64,000 bases of DNA from an uncultured Steroidobacteraceae bacterium (GTDB taxonomy: Bacteria; Pseudomonadota; Gammaproteobacteria; Steroidobacterales; Steroidobacteraceae). The stretch is taken from assembly GCA_964468395.1 (NCBI GenBank), contig CAYXUJ010000003.1, forward strand, positions 18,190 through 82,189, read 5' to 3'. Both the position numbers and the translations under genes were made by a program. This document shows positions 27,626-41,465 of the stretch, one piece after another (position 1 is the first letter of the stretch; each line of letters opens with the position of its first letter). The notes under the pieces are model-generated. The model was not told the DNA's origin. It worked only from the letters and a program-made list of their open reading frames with translations, and made no database searches.

Positions 27626-28345
27626 TCAGTACCGGTAGCCGAAGTACTCGATTTCGCGGGCGCAGAGCCGGTCTATCAGCGCCTTCGCGTCCTGATCGAG
27701 GACTTCGCGATAGCTGCGCCGGTCCTGCCGGAAGTCCCCCTTGGCGCGCGGCAGCTCGATCCTGCCGGGCAATCCGAGGCGCCCGGCGATGCGGTCGAGT
27801 TCCTCGTCGAGGTCTTCGTAGCGCACGACGTGGTCCACCGCCGGCCGGTCGTCCATGGCATACAGGTGCCAGTTCGAAACGCGCTCCTCGTCCGACGCGA
27901 GCACTTCGTGCAGGGGGCCTGCCTCGTAGCGGCGTCCGCCGGTGAACCAGTAATAGAGCGACACGGCCTTGTCCCAGGGATTGCGCTCGACGCAGAACCT
28001 GAAATACGAGTTCCACTCGGCCGGCCACCTGGCCGCGATCGATGCCGCGGATGCGTGCTTCTTGTGCCGCGCGCGGATGCCCTTGATCAGCAATCGCCGC
28101 CACTGGCGCCCGCTGTAGCGCAAGAGCGGCACGTAATGATGCTGCGGTGGCGGATAGCCCTGCTCGAGCCGCAGCTTTTCGTCCTGCAGCAGCGCCTCGT
28201 TCACCGGGTTGCGCGCGTCCTCGGAATCCTGGGCCGTGATGATGTCGTCCGGGCCGCAGAAGCGCGACAAGGCGAGCTCGATGCTGGTGCCCGCGGTCTT
28301 GCGCGTCTTGACGAAGATGAATCGGTAGCGGTGCGAGATGATCAT
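27626..28345 (-). CDS. sulfotransferase family protein (Sulfotransfer_2-like)
   Basis: 239 aa. PAPS 5'-phosphosulfate-binding-type loop near the N-terminus (FIFVKTRKTAGTSIE). Later RNPWDK and YEDL motifs are common in this family. Confidence 0.6.
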   Translation of the reverse strand: MIISHRYRFIFVKTRKTAGTSIELALSRFCGPDDIITAQDSEDARNPVNEALLQDEKLRLEQGYPPPQHHYVPLLRYSGRQWRRLLIKGIRARHKKHASAASIAARWPAEWNSYFRFCVERNPWDKAVSLYYWFTGGRRYEAGPLHEVLASDEERVSNWHLYAMDDRPAVDHVVRYEDLDEELDRIAGRLGLPGRIELPRAKGDFRQDRRSYREVLDQDAKALIDRLCAREIEYFGYRY

Positions 28346-28360
28346 GAACGGCTGCGAAGT

Positions 28361-29302
28361 CTAACCGAGCCGGGCCAATGCCCGGGCGAGGTCCGCGATT
28401 TCCGCCGGGCCGACGCGGCAGCAGCCGCCGACGAGCCGGGCGCCGGCGGCGACCCATTGCGAGGCGAGGGCGGCCGGGCCGGCGCCCGAACTGCGGCCCT
28501 GCCAGTCGCGGGTCCGGCCATCCCAGACTTCGCCCGAGTTCGGGTAGACGACGATCGGCTTGGCGGTGCCGGTCCCGAGCGAGCGAATGGCCGTGGCGAC
28601 GATCTGCGGCCGGACGCAGTTCACGCCGACGGCGATGACGTTCGGCACGCCGTCGAGCAGGCGGGCGCAGTCGATCAGCGGTTCGCCGTGCGAGGTGTGG
28701 ATGCCGTCCGGCGACGTGAAGCTGATCCACGCGGGCGTCGCCGGATGATCCGCCAGCAGCGCGGCGAGCGCGCGCGCTTCGTCGAGTGCCGGAACGGTTT
28801 CGCAGGCCAGCAGGTCCGCGCCGGCGGCGGCAAGGACGCCGAATCGCGGGGCGTGGAACTCGACCAGCTGCCGGACCGTCAGGCCGTAGTCGCCGCGGTA
28901 CTCCGCGCCATCGTGCGAGATGGCGCCGAAGGGCCCGACCGATGCGGCCACGTGCAGTCTGCGCGCGTCCGCCGGGTGATCCGCGCGATAGCGGTCGCGG
29001 GCGGCGCAGGCCAGCGCAACCGAGCGGCGCAGCAGCGCCGTGGTTTCGTCCGCGCCGATGCCGATCGCGGCGAAACCCTCGTAACTCGCCTGGTAGCTCG
29101 CCGTGGTTGCGCAGCAGGCGCCGGCTTCGAAGTAGTCATAATGAAGCTGCTCGATCGCCTCGGGCGCGCTGCGCAGCAGCTCCGCCGACCACAACCGGCC
29201 GGAGACGTCGTGACCGCGCCGTTCCAGCTCGGTGGCCAGGCCGCCGTCCAGGATCAGCACGTCCGCGTCGAAAATCGTGGTCAAGCGCGGCCATTGTTGC
29301 AC
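28361..29302 (-). CDS. mmuM: homocysteine S-methyltransferase
   Basis: 313 aa. Hcy-binding domain pattern (ILDGGLATELERRG......LWSA; TASYQAS; VGVNC; C-terminal Zn ligand pair GGCCRVGP). Confidence 0.85.
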   Translation of the reverse strand: MQQWPRLTTIFDADVLILDGGLATELERRGHDVSGRLWSAELLRSAPEAIEQLHYDYFEAGACCATTASYQASYEGFAAIGIGADETTALLRRSVALACAARDRYRADHPADARRLHVAASVGPFGAISHDGAEYRGDYGLTVRQLVEFHAPRFGVLAAAGADLLACETVPALDEARALAALLADHPATPAWISFTSPDGIHTSHGEPLIDCARLLDGVPNVIAVGVNCVRPQIVATAIRSLGTGTAKPIVVYPNSGEVWDGRTRDWQGRSSGAGPAALASQWVAAGARLVGGCCRVGPAEIADLARALARLG

Positions 29303-29506
29303 GGCCCGCGGCTGCCACCGGAATGCTGCGGAGGAGGCCGGATTCGGCTATAATGCGCCGGTCTGGTAATCCCTCGTTCTGACTTGCTTGGCCCGTTCTG
29401 CCGCTCCGGCGCGCTCTCCGACCAGGTTCAGCCACCATCGAAGCATTGCCGCACCAGCGGGCGGATATCCACCCGCCGTCATCCCATTCCTAAAGAGTAA
29501 TTCCAA

Positions 29507-29797
29507 GTGACCAAGCTATTTGTCGGAAACCTGCCTTTCTCCGCGACCGAAGAGTCCGTCCGCGCGCTGTTCGCACCGCACGGCACGATCGATTCGCTCG
29601 CCCTGATCAATGACCGCGAGACGGGACGTCCGCGCGGGTTCGGCTTCATCGAGATGCCGGATGCCGATGCCGCCAAGGCGATGCAGGCGCTGAACGGCAA
29701 GAACTTCGAAGGCCGTGACCTGAAGGTCAACGAAGCCCAGGCGCGCGAGCGCAGCGGCGGCGGCAACCGCGCAGGCGGCGGCGGCAACCGCTGGTGA
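29507..29797 (+). CDS. RRM-type RNA-binding protein with Gly/Arg tail
   Basis: 96 aa with a GTG start. RNP2 motif LFVGNL, RNP1 motif RGFGFIEM, and the C-terminal tail RSGGGNRAGGGGNRW. Confidence 0.88.
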   Translation: MTKLFVGNLPFSATEESVRALFAPHGTIDSLALINDRETGRPRGFGFIEMPDADAAKAMQALNGKNFEGRDLKVNEAQARERSGGGNRAGGGGNRW

Positions 29798-29860
29798 TCG
29801 ACGGGCCCGGCCGGCAACGGCCGGGCCACTGACAGCTGCAATCCGACCGAGGGTACGCCG

Positions 29861-30277
29861 ATGCGAATCGTTTCCCGCACGACCCGATCGTTGCTCGACA
29901 AGAAGCGCGAGCAGTCCCTGCGCCGGCGCGCGGCGGCGGGCACGCTCGCCAAGTCGAATGCGAGCGTCGAGCAGGTCCGCGTGCTGCTGCAATTCTCGGC
30001 CGGGACCGAGCCGTCGCCGGCTGACCAGATCCACGATCTCTATCCGTCGGCGCCCGCATTCTTCGAATTCGCCTGCCCGTACGGCGATTGCGACGGCAGC
30101 TTCGACCTGAAAGCCGTCGCGCAGCCGATGCTGCGCAAGTCGCAGACGCACGGCGAGGGCAGGCTGCACTGCAATGGCACGCGCGCCGCGGCCGCGCAGA
30201 CCCGCGAGCCCTGCGACCTGCGCGCGGATTTCTGGATCAACGCCCGCTACCAGTCCCCGCGCCGCGCCACGGGCTGA
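29861..30277 (+). CDS. hypothetical Cys-containing protein
   Basis: 138 aa. Strong GC3 bias consistent with real coding. Four Cys arranged CPYGDC...C(x16)C. No family recognised. Confidence 0.5.
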   Translation: MRIVSRTTRSLLDKKREQSLRRRAAAGTLAKSNASVEQVRVLLQFSAGTEPSPADQIHDLYPSAPAFFEFACPYGDCDGSFDLKAVAQPMLRKSQTHGEGRLHCNGTRAAAAQTREPCDLRADFWINARYQSPRRATG

Positions 30278-30337
30278 CGCCACAACTCCCGTTGATTTAG
30301 ACTCCCGGCAGGGCGCGAGCCGAGCCGGGAGTTGCGC

Positions 30338-31204
30338 ATGAGCAAGCTGACCTGCGGCCTGATCCAGATGGGCCTGAAGGGCGACACATCGATGGCGCCC
30401 GACCGCATCCGCGACCTCATGATCGAGGCGCACGTCCCGTACATCGAGCAGGCCGCCGCCAAGGGCGTGCAGGTGCTCTGCTTCCAGGAAGTGTTCACGC
30501 AGCCGTATTTCTGCCCGGGGCAGGATCGCAAGTGGTACGCGGCGGCGGAGCGCATCCCGGACGGCCACACGACGCGGCTCATGCAGCAGTTCGCGAAGAA
30601 GCACCGCATGGTGATCGTCGTGCCGCTGTACGAGGAGGCGATGCCGGGCGTGTACTACAACACCGCCGGCGTCATCGACGCCGACGGCGCCTTCCTCGGC
30701 AAGTACCGCAAGAACCACATCCCGCAGGTGGACCCGGGCTTCTACGAGAAATTTTTCTTCAAGCCGGGCGACCTCGGCTACCCGGTGTTCGAGACCGCCT
30801 ACGTGAAGCTGGGCGTCTACATCTGCTACGACCGCCACTTCCCGGAGGGCTGGCGCGCGCTGGCGCTCGGCGGCGCCGAGTACATCGTCAACCCGTCGGC
30901 GACGGTCGCCGGCCTCAGCAAGTACCTGTGGGAACTGGAGCAGCCCGCGTCGGCGGCGGCCAACGGCGTCTTCATCGGCGCGATCAACCGCATCGGCAAG
31001 GAAGAGCCCTGGGCCGCGAAGATGGGCGAGTTCTACGGCTCGAGCTACATCGTCAATCCGCGCGGCAAGATCGAGGCGCAGGCGAGCTACGACAAGGACG
31101 AGCTGCTGGTCCACACGATCGATCTCGACATGGTCCGCGAGGTCCGCAACACCTGGCAGTTCTTCCGCGACCGCCGGCCGGAGACCTACGGGCCGCTGGT
31201 CTGA
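30338..31204 (+). CDS. beta-ureidopropionase / N-carbamoyl-amino-acid amidohydrolase (nitrilase superfamily)
   Basis: About 288 aa from the ATG at 30338, with a GGGAG SD-like site. The E-K-C triad appears in context (LCFQEVF; YRKNHIP; ICYDRHFPE). Confidence 0.85.
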   Translation: MSKLTCGLIQMGLKGDTSMAPDRIRDLMIEAHVPYIEQAAAKGVQVLCFQEVFTQPYFCPGQDRKWYAAAERIPDGHTTRLMQQFAKKHRMVIVVPLYEEAMPGVYYNTAGVIDADGAFLGKYRKNHIPQVDPGFYEKFFFKPGDLGYPVFETAYVKLGVYICYDRHFPEGWRALALGGAEYIVNPSATVAGLSKYLWELEQPASAAANGVFIGAINRIGKEEPWAAKMGEFYGSSYIVNPRGKIEAQASYDKDELLVHTIDLDMVREVRNTWQFFRDRRPETYGPLV

Positions 31205-34126
<2,922 letters not shown>

Positions 34127-34130
34127 GCCG

Positions 34131-35483
34131 ATGGACCGCCCGCTCCACGACGTCGCCCCGGGCCGGCTGCCCGCCGCCGAGATCGAGCGCAATTTCGCCG
34201 ACCTGCACCCGCCGCTGTCGAAGTCGGAGGCGCTGATCGCCGCCGACCGTTGCTACTTCTGCTACGCGGCGCCGTGCACCACGGCCTGCCCGACCGGCAT
34301 CGACATCCCGCGCTTCATCCAGTCGATCCGCAGCCAGGACCTCGAGGGGGCGGCGCGGGCGATCCTGGAGGAGAACATCCTGGGCGGCATGTGCGCGCGC
34401 GTCTGCCCGACCGAAGTGCTGTGCGAACAGGCCTGCGTGCGCAACACGCACGAGGAAAAGCCGGTCGACATCGGCCTGCTGCAGCGCTACGCGACCGACC
34501 CGGTGTTCGCCGAGGGCCGGCCGCTGTTCGAGCGCGCGCCGCCCACCGGCAAGCGCGTCGCGGTGGTCGGCGGCGGCCCGGCAGGGCTGTCCTGCGCGCA
34601 CCGGCTGGCCTGCCTCGGCCATGCGGTCACCATCCTGTGCCGCGACGGCAAGCCGGGCGGCCTCAACGAGTACGGCATCGCCGCCTACAAGACCGTGGAC
34701 GAGTTCGCGCAGCGCGAGGTCGAGTGGATCCTGTCGATCGGCGGCATCGAGCTGCAGACCGGCGTCGCGCTCGGGCGCGAGCTGTCGCTGGCACAGCTGT
34801 GCCGCGGCTACGACGCCGTGTTCCTGGCGGTCGGGCTGGCCGGCGTCAACGCCCTCGGCCTGGAAGCGGAGGAGCTGCCGGGCGTGATGGACGCGGTCGA
34901 GTACATCGCCCGGCTGCGGCAGGCCGCCGACAAGTCGCAGCTGCCGGTCGGACGGCGGGTGGTGGTGATCGGCGGCGGCATGACGGCGATCGACGCCGCC
35001 GTGCAGAGCCGCAAGCTCGGGGCGGAGGAAGTGACGATCGTCTATCGTCGCGGCCCCGGGCAGATGGGCGCGAGTGCGTTCGAGCAGGAACTGGCGCAGA
35101 CGCACGGAGTGCGCATCCGCCACTGGGCGCGGCCGCTGCGCCTGGTCGGCAAGGAGCACGTGACGCGCATTGAGTTCGAATGCACGCGCGCAGGCAGGGA
35201 CGGCGCGCTCGAGGGCACCGGCGAGACTTTTGCGCTGCACGCCGACGTCGTGTTCAAGGCGATCGGCCAGCAGATGGATTGGGATCAGCTGGGTGCCGCG
35301 GCGGGCGTGCTGAAGATGAAGGACGGCCGCATCGAGGTGGATGCGGAACGCAAGACTTCGCTCGACAACGTCTGGGCGGGCGGCGACTGCGTCGCCGGCG
35401 GCCAGGACCTGACGGTCACGGCCGTGCAGGACGGCAAGCTGGCCGCGCAATCGATCGACCGCTACCTGCGGTCGGGCGGATGA
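34131..35483 (+). CDS. preT: NAD-dependent dihydropyrimidine dehydrogenase subunit PreT
   Basis: 450 aa. Fe-S Cys clusters (CYFCYAAPCTTACP; MCARVCPTEVLCEQAC) and FAD/NAD folds (VAVVGGGPAGLSCA; VVVIGGGMTAIDAA). Confidence 0.88.
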   Translation: MDRPLHDVAPGRLPAAEIERNFADLHPPLSKSEALIAADRCYFCYAAPCTTACPTGIDIPRFIQSIRSQDLEGAARAILEENILGGMCARVCPTEVLCEQACVRNTHEEKPVDIGLLQRYATDPVFAEGRPLFERAPPTGKRVAVVGGGPAGLSCAHRLACLGHAVTILCRDGKPGGLNEYGIAAYKTVDEFAQREVEWILSIGGIELQTGVALGRELSLAQLCRGYDAVFLAVGLAGVNALGLEAEELPGVMDAVEYIARLRQAADKSQLPVGRRVVVIGGGMTAIDAAVQSRKLGAEEVTIVYRRGPGQMGASAFEQELAQTHGVRIRHWARPLRLVGKEHVTRIEFECTRAGRDGALEGTGETFALHADVVFKAIGQQMDWDQLGAAAGVLKMKDGRIEVDAERKTSLDNVWAGGDCVAGGQDLTVTAVQDGKLAAQSIDRYLRSGG

Positions 35484-36814
35484 GGACCATGAGTGCTACC
35501 GGCATCGGCGGCGTCGACCTGACCTGCGAGTTCCTCGGCATCCGTTCGCCCAACCCGTTCTGGCTGGCGTCCGCGCCGCCGACCGACAAGGCCTACAACG
35601 TCAACCGCGCATTCGAGGCCGGCTGGGGCGGCGTGGTGTGGAAGACGCTGGGCGAGGACCCGCCGATCGTCAACGTCAGCGGGCCGCGCTATGGCGCGAT
35701 CCACGCCAACGACCGGCGCGTGATCGGCTTCAACAACGTCGAGCTGATCACCGACCGGCCGCTCGCCACCAACCTCGCCGAGATCCGCCAGGTCAAGCGC
35801 GACTGGCCGGACCGGGCGCTGGTCGTGTCGGTGATGCTGCCGATGAACCGCGAGAGCTGGGCGAAGTACGTGCCGATGATCGAGGACACTGGCGCCGACG
35901 CGCTCGAGCTCAACTTCGGCTGCCCGCACGGCATGTCCGAGCGCGGCATGGGATCGGCCGTCGGCCAGGTGCCGGACTACATCCGCCAGACGGCGGAGTG
36001 GTGCAAGTCGGTGGCGCGCATCCCGGTCATCGTCAAGCTGACGCCGAACGTGACCAACATCCTGCCGCCGGCGAAGGCCGCGAAGGAAGGCGGCGCCGAC
36101 GCGGTATCGCTGATCAACACGCTGAACTCGATCATGCGCGTGGACTACGACACGCTGACGATGTACCCGGCGACCGACGGCAAGGGCTCGCACGGCGGCT
36201 ACTGCGGCCCCGCGGTCAAGCCGATCGCGCTGCACATGGTCGCCGAGATCGCGCGCCACAAGGAGACGGCGGGCCTGCCGATCTCGGGCATCGGCGGCGT
36301 CACCGACTGGCGCGACGCGGTGGACTTCCTGGCGCTCGGCGCCAGCAACGTGCAGGTCTGCACCGCGGCGATGGTGTACGGATTCAAGATCATCGACGAC
36401 CTGCGGAGCGGCCTGAGCCATTTCCTGCGCGACAAGGGCATGACCCGCGTCTCCGAGCTGGTCGGCCGCGCCGTGCCGTCGGTCACCGACTGGCAGTACC
36501 TGAACCTGAATTACGTCGTCAAGGCGCGCATCGACCAGGACCTCTGCATCCAGTGCGGCCGCTGCCACATCGTCTGCGAGGACGCCTCGCACCAGGCGAT
36601 CACGCACACCGTGGACGGCAGGCGCCGCTTCGAGGTGATCGACGAGGAATGCGTCGGCTGCAACCTGTGCGTCAGCGTCTGCCCGGTCGCGGACTGCATC
36701 ACGATGGAGACGCTGACGTCCGGCGTGGACCGCCGGACCGGGCGGCCGATCACCGCCGAGCGGCAGGACTGGACGACGCACCCGAACAACCCGATGCGCC
36801 GCGAGAAGGCATGA
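35480..36814 (+). CDS. preA: NAD-dependent dihydropyrimidine dehydrogenase subunit PreA
   Basis: 444 aa with an ATG overlapping the preT stop (ATGA at 35480-35483). DHODH-like TIM barrel (NFGCPHGM; SLINT) and a C-terminal 2x[4Fe-4S] ferredoxin (CIQCGRCHIVC; CVGCNLCVSVCP). Confidence 0.9.
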   Translation: MRTMSATGIGGVDLTCEFLGIRSPNPFWLASAPPTDKAYNVNRAFEAGWGGVVWKTLGEDPPIVNVSGPRYGAIHANDRRVIGFNNVELITDRPLATNLAEIRQVKRDWPDRALVVSVMLPMNRESWAKYVPMIEDTGADALELNFGCPHGMSERGMGSAVGQVPDYIRQTAEWCKSVARIPVIVKLTPNVTNILPPAKAAKEGGADAVSLINTLNSIMRVDYDTLTMYPATDGKGSHGGYCGPAVKPIALHMVAEIARHKETAGLPISGIGGVTDWRDAVDFLALGASNVQVCTAAMVYGFKIIDDLRSGLSHFLRDKGMTRVSELVGRAVPSVTDWQYLNLNYVVKARIDQDLCIQCGRCHIVCEDASHQAITHTVDGRRRFEVIDEECVGCNLCVSVCPVADCITMETLTSGVDRRTGRPITAERQDWTTHPNNPMRREKA

Positions 36815-37265
36815 CCGCCGATTACGCGGCGATGCTGCAGGTCGCGATCGAGGAGGCACGGCAGGGGCTGGCGGAGGGCGGCATCCCGATCGGCGCCGCG
36901 CTGTTCGACGGCACCGGCCGCCTGCTCGGGCGCGGCCACAACCGCCGCGTGCAGGAAGACGACCCGTCGGTGCACGGCGAGACCGACGCATTCCGCAAGG
37001 CGGGCCGGCAGCCCTCGTACCGCGACACGGTCATGGTCACGACGCTGGCGCCCTGCTGGTACTGCAGCGGCCTGGTGCGGCAGTTCGGCATCGGCACGGT
37101 CGTGGTCGGCGAATCGGTCAACTTCGCCGGCGGCATCGGCTGGCTGCGCGAGCACGGCGTGCGGGTCGTGGACCTGCAGTCGGCCGAGTGCATCGCCCTG
37201 CTCGGGGATTTCATCCGCACGCATCCGGCGGTCTGGAACGAGGACATCGGCGTGGAGCCTGCGAC

Positions 37266-37269
<4 letters not shown>
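36811..37269 (+). CDS. cytosine deaminase, yeast FCY1-type (CDA fold)
   Basis: 152 aa with an ATG overlapping the preA stop (ATGA at 36811-36814). Zn motifs HGETDA and PCWYCSG. Alignable along its full length to Fcy1, including the C-terminal W(F/N)EDIG motif. Confidence 0.82.
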
Positions 37270-39170
<1,901 letters not shown>

Positions 39171-39242
39171 GTTGTCGCCTCCGGCGGCTCCAAGTGGATT
39201 ATCATTGGCGCCACGTCAAACCGACCCTCGGGGGAGTTCACA

Positions 39243-41399
39243 ATGCACAAGAAAAATCTGGCGCTCTTGCTGGGCGCCATGCCGGTCGCTGCCGTCGGCG
39301 TCAGCTCGATCGCACTGGCCCAGGAAAAGCCGGTTTTCGAGGAAGTCATCGTCACCGCGCAGAAGCGTGAACAGGGCATCTACGACGTGCCGGTCGCAGT
39401 CAGCGCCTTCACGGCGGCCACGATCGAAAAGCAGGGCATCGCCAACCTGACGGACATCGGCAAGTTCGTGCCGAACCTGAACGTCACGGAGTTCTCCGCC
39501 GGCCACACGTCGTCGGCCAACCCGTTCATCCGCGGCATCGGCCTGCAGGACCACCTGATCACGACCGACCCGGGCGTCGGCGTCTACGTGGACGGCATCT
39601 ACCTGGGCCGCCAGGTCGGCCAGAACTGGAGCCTCGCCAACATCGAGCGTGTCGAGGTGCTGCGCGGCCCGCAGGGCACCCTGTACGGCCGCAACTCGAT
39701 CGGCGGCGCCATCAACATCATCACCCGCAAGCCGGGCGACGAGGAGGGCGGCCGGGTGGCCGTCACCGCCGGCACGCGTGACCGGCTGAACGTCGAGGCC
39801 TACAACAACATGCGCCTGTCCGACAAGGCGGCGCTGTCGATCACCGCCGCCTACCAGAGCCGCGACGGCCTCGGCGACTTCGTGAACGTACCGAATGCGA
39901 GCCAGCGCGTCGGGCAGCTCGAGGACCTCTCGGGCCGGATCGCGCTGCTGCTCGAGCCGAGCGACCGCCTGTCGTTCCTGCTGACGGCGGACGGCAACGA
40001 CGGCGACAACGGCATGCGTCCTTACGACACGCTGATCGACGAACTGCCGAACGGCGCCGTGTACCAGGCGGGCTACCGCAACTCCGACACGTCGAGCAAC
40101 CCGTACAACAACAACACGGGCCAGGCCGACCAGGTCGAGGTGTCCAACTACGCCTACGGCTTCTCGTTCACCATGGATGCGGAGATTGCCGACAACGCCA
40201 ACCTGCGCCTGCTCGCGAGCGACCGCAGCTCGAACTACGAGGCGGGGCTCGACGACGACGGCTTCTTCGACGACTTCCTGTCGTTCCCGGAGAAAGGCGA
40301 AGCCAACCAGCAGTCGGTCGAGCTGCAGCTGACCGGCAAGCCGGGCGCGATCGACTACGTCGTCGGCCTGTACTGGTACGAGGAGAAGGGCCACAACTTC
40401 CAGAACGACACGACCTTCAACGGCGGCTCCGGCGGCGACTTCTTCCTGAAGCAGAAGACGACCAGCAAGGCCGCGTACGCCAACGTCGGCTACCAGGTGA
40501 ACGACGCGCTGCGGATCGCCGCCGGCGTCCGCTACACCGAGGACGAGAAGGACGCGGAAACGGTCCTGTTCGAGCTGATCGAGGAGCAGAACAGCCGCGA
40601 CTGGTCGGAGACCAGCTGGGACGTCTCGGCGTCGTACAAGCTGAACGACCGCATGACGATGTACGGCACGGTGCAGAGCGGCTACCAGTCGGGCCAGTAC
40701 CCGGCGCGGCCGTACTGCCTGATCGGCTCGTTCGACTTCGGCACCGGCACGCTGGCGCGCCCGAACTGCTTCCAGGCCCCGGACAACATCACGGCGCTGA
40801 ACTACGAGATCGGCCTCAAGGGGCAGCCGTTCGACTTCATGCAGACGAGCATCGCGGTGTTCTACACGGACTACCAGGACCTGCCGTACCAGGTCAGCAC
40901 GACCTCCGGCGGCGGATTCAGCACCGAGAACATCATCGTCGACCAGGATTCGAAGGGCATCGAGCTGGAGAACACCTTCCAGTTCGGCAACTTCCGCCTG
41001 CACACGACGCTCGGCTACATCGACGTCAACGTCAAGGACGACAACCCGTTCGCGGTGGCGCCGCTGACGCCCGAGCTGACGACGTCGCTGAGCCCCGAGC
41101 TGACCATCCCGATGAACGGCGGCGACCTGGTGCTGCGCGCCGACTGGTCGCACCGTGACGACATGTACGGCGAGCCCAGCTCCGACCCGGGCCGCTTCAC
41201 CAAGATCGACGGACGGGACCTGCTCAACTTCGATTTCAGCTACACGTCCAACGAAGGGGACTGGACGCTGGGTCTGTACGGCAAGAACGTCACCGACGAG
41301 CGCTACGACAACGCGCGCCTGAACACCGGCGACTACGTGCTGATCATGATGAGCAACGACGCAAGCGAGTACGGCGTGAGGTTCTCGAAGAACTTCTGA
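39243..41399 (+). CDS. TonB-dependent receptor
   Basis: 718 aa. Signal peptide, plug domain (EEVIVTAQKREQGIYDVPVAVSAF..IERVEVLRGPQGTLYGRNSIGGAINIIT), beta-barrel, and a terminal aromatic residue (..RFSKNF). Confidence 0.92.
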   Translation: MHKKNLALLLGAMPVAAVGVSSIALAQEKPVFEEVIVTAQKREQGIYDVPVAVSAFTAATIEKQGIANLTDIGKFVPNLNVTEFSAGHTSSANPFIRGIGLQDHLITTDPGVGVYVDGIYLGRQVGQNWSLANIERVEVLRGPQGTLYGRNSIGGAINIITRKPGDEEGGRVAVTAGTRDRLNVEAYNNMRLSDKAALSITAAYQSRDGLGDFVNVPNASQRVGQLEDLSGRIALLLEPSDRLSFLLTADGNDGDNGMRPYDTLIDELPNGAVYQAGYRNSDTSSNPYNNNTGQADQVEVSNYAYGFSFTMDAEIADNANLRLLASDRSSNYEAGLDDDGFFDDFLSFPEKGEANQQSVELQLTGKPGAIDYVVGLYWYEEKGHNFQNDTTFNGGSGGDFFLKQKTTSKAAYANVGYQVNDALRIAAGVRYTEDEKDAETVLFELIEEQNSRDWSETSWDVSASYKLNDRMTMYGTVQSGYQSGQYPARPYCLIGSFDFGTGTLARPNCFQAPDNITALNYEIGLKGQPFDFMQTSIAVFYTDYQDLPYQVSTTSGGGFSTENIIVDQDSKGIELENTFQFGNFRLHTTLGYIDVNVKDDNPFAVAPLTPELTTSLSPELTIPMNGGDLVLRADWSHRDDMYGEPSSDPGRFTKIDGRDLLNFDFSYTSNEGDWTLGLYGKNVTDERYDNARLNTGDYVLIMMSNDASEYGVRFSKNF

Positions 41400-41423
41400 C
41401 CGGCGCCGCGACGCAACCTGAGC

Positions 41424-41457
41424 GGGCCGGGGCATCTTGCCCCGGCCCGTTTTCTTT
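41424..41457 (+). terminator. rho-independent terminator after the TonB-dependent receptor gene
   Basis: GGGCCGGGG (41424-41432), loop CATCTTG, CCCCGGCCC (41440-41448), then the T-rich tail GTTTTCTTT. It lies between convergent genes. Confidence 0.7.
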
Positions 41458-41465
41458 GCGGGGGC

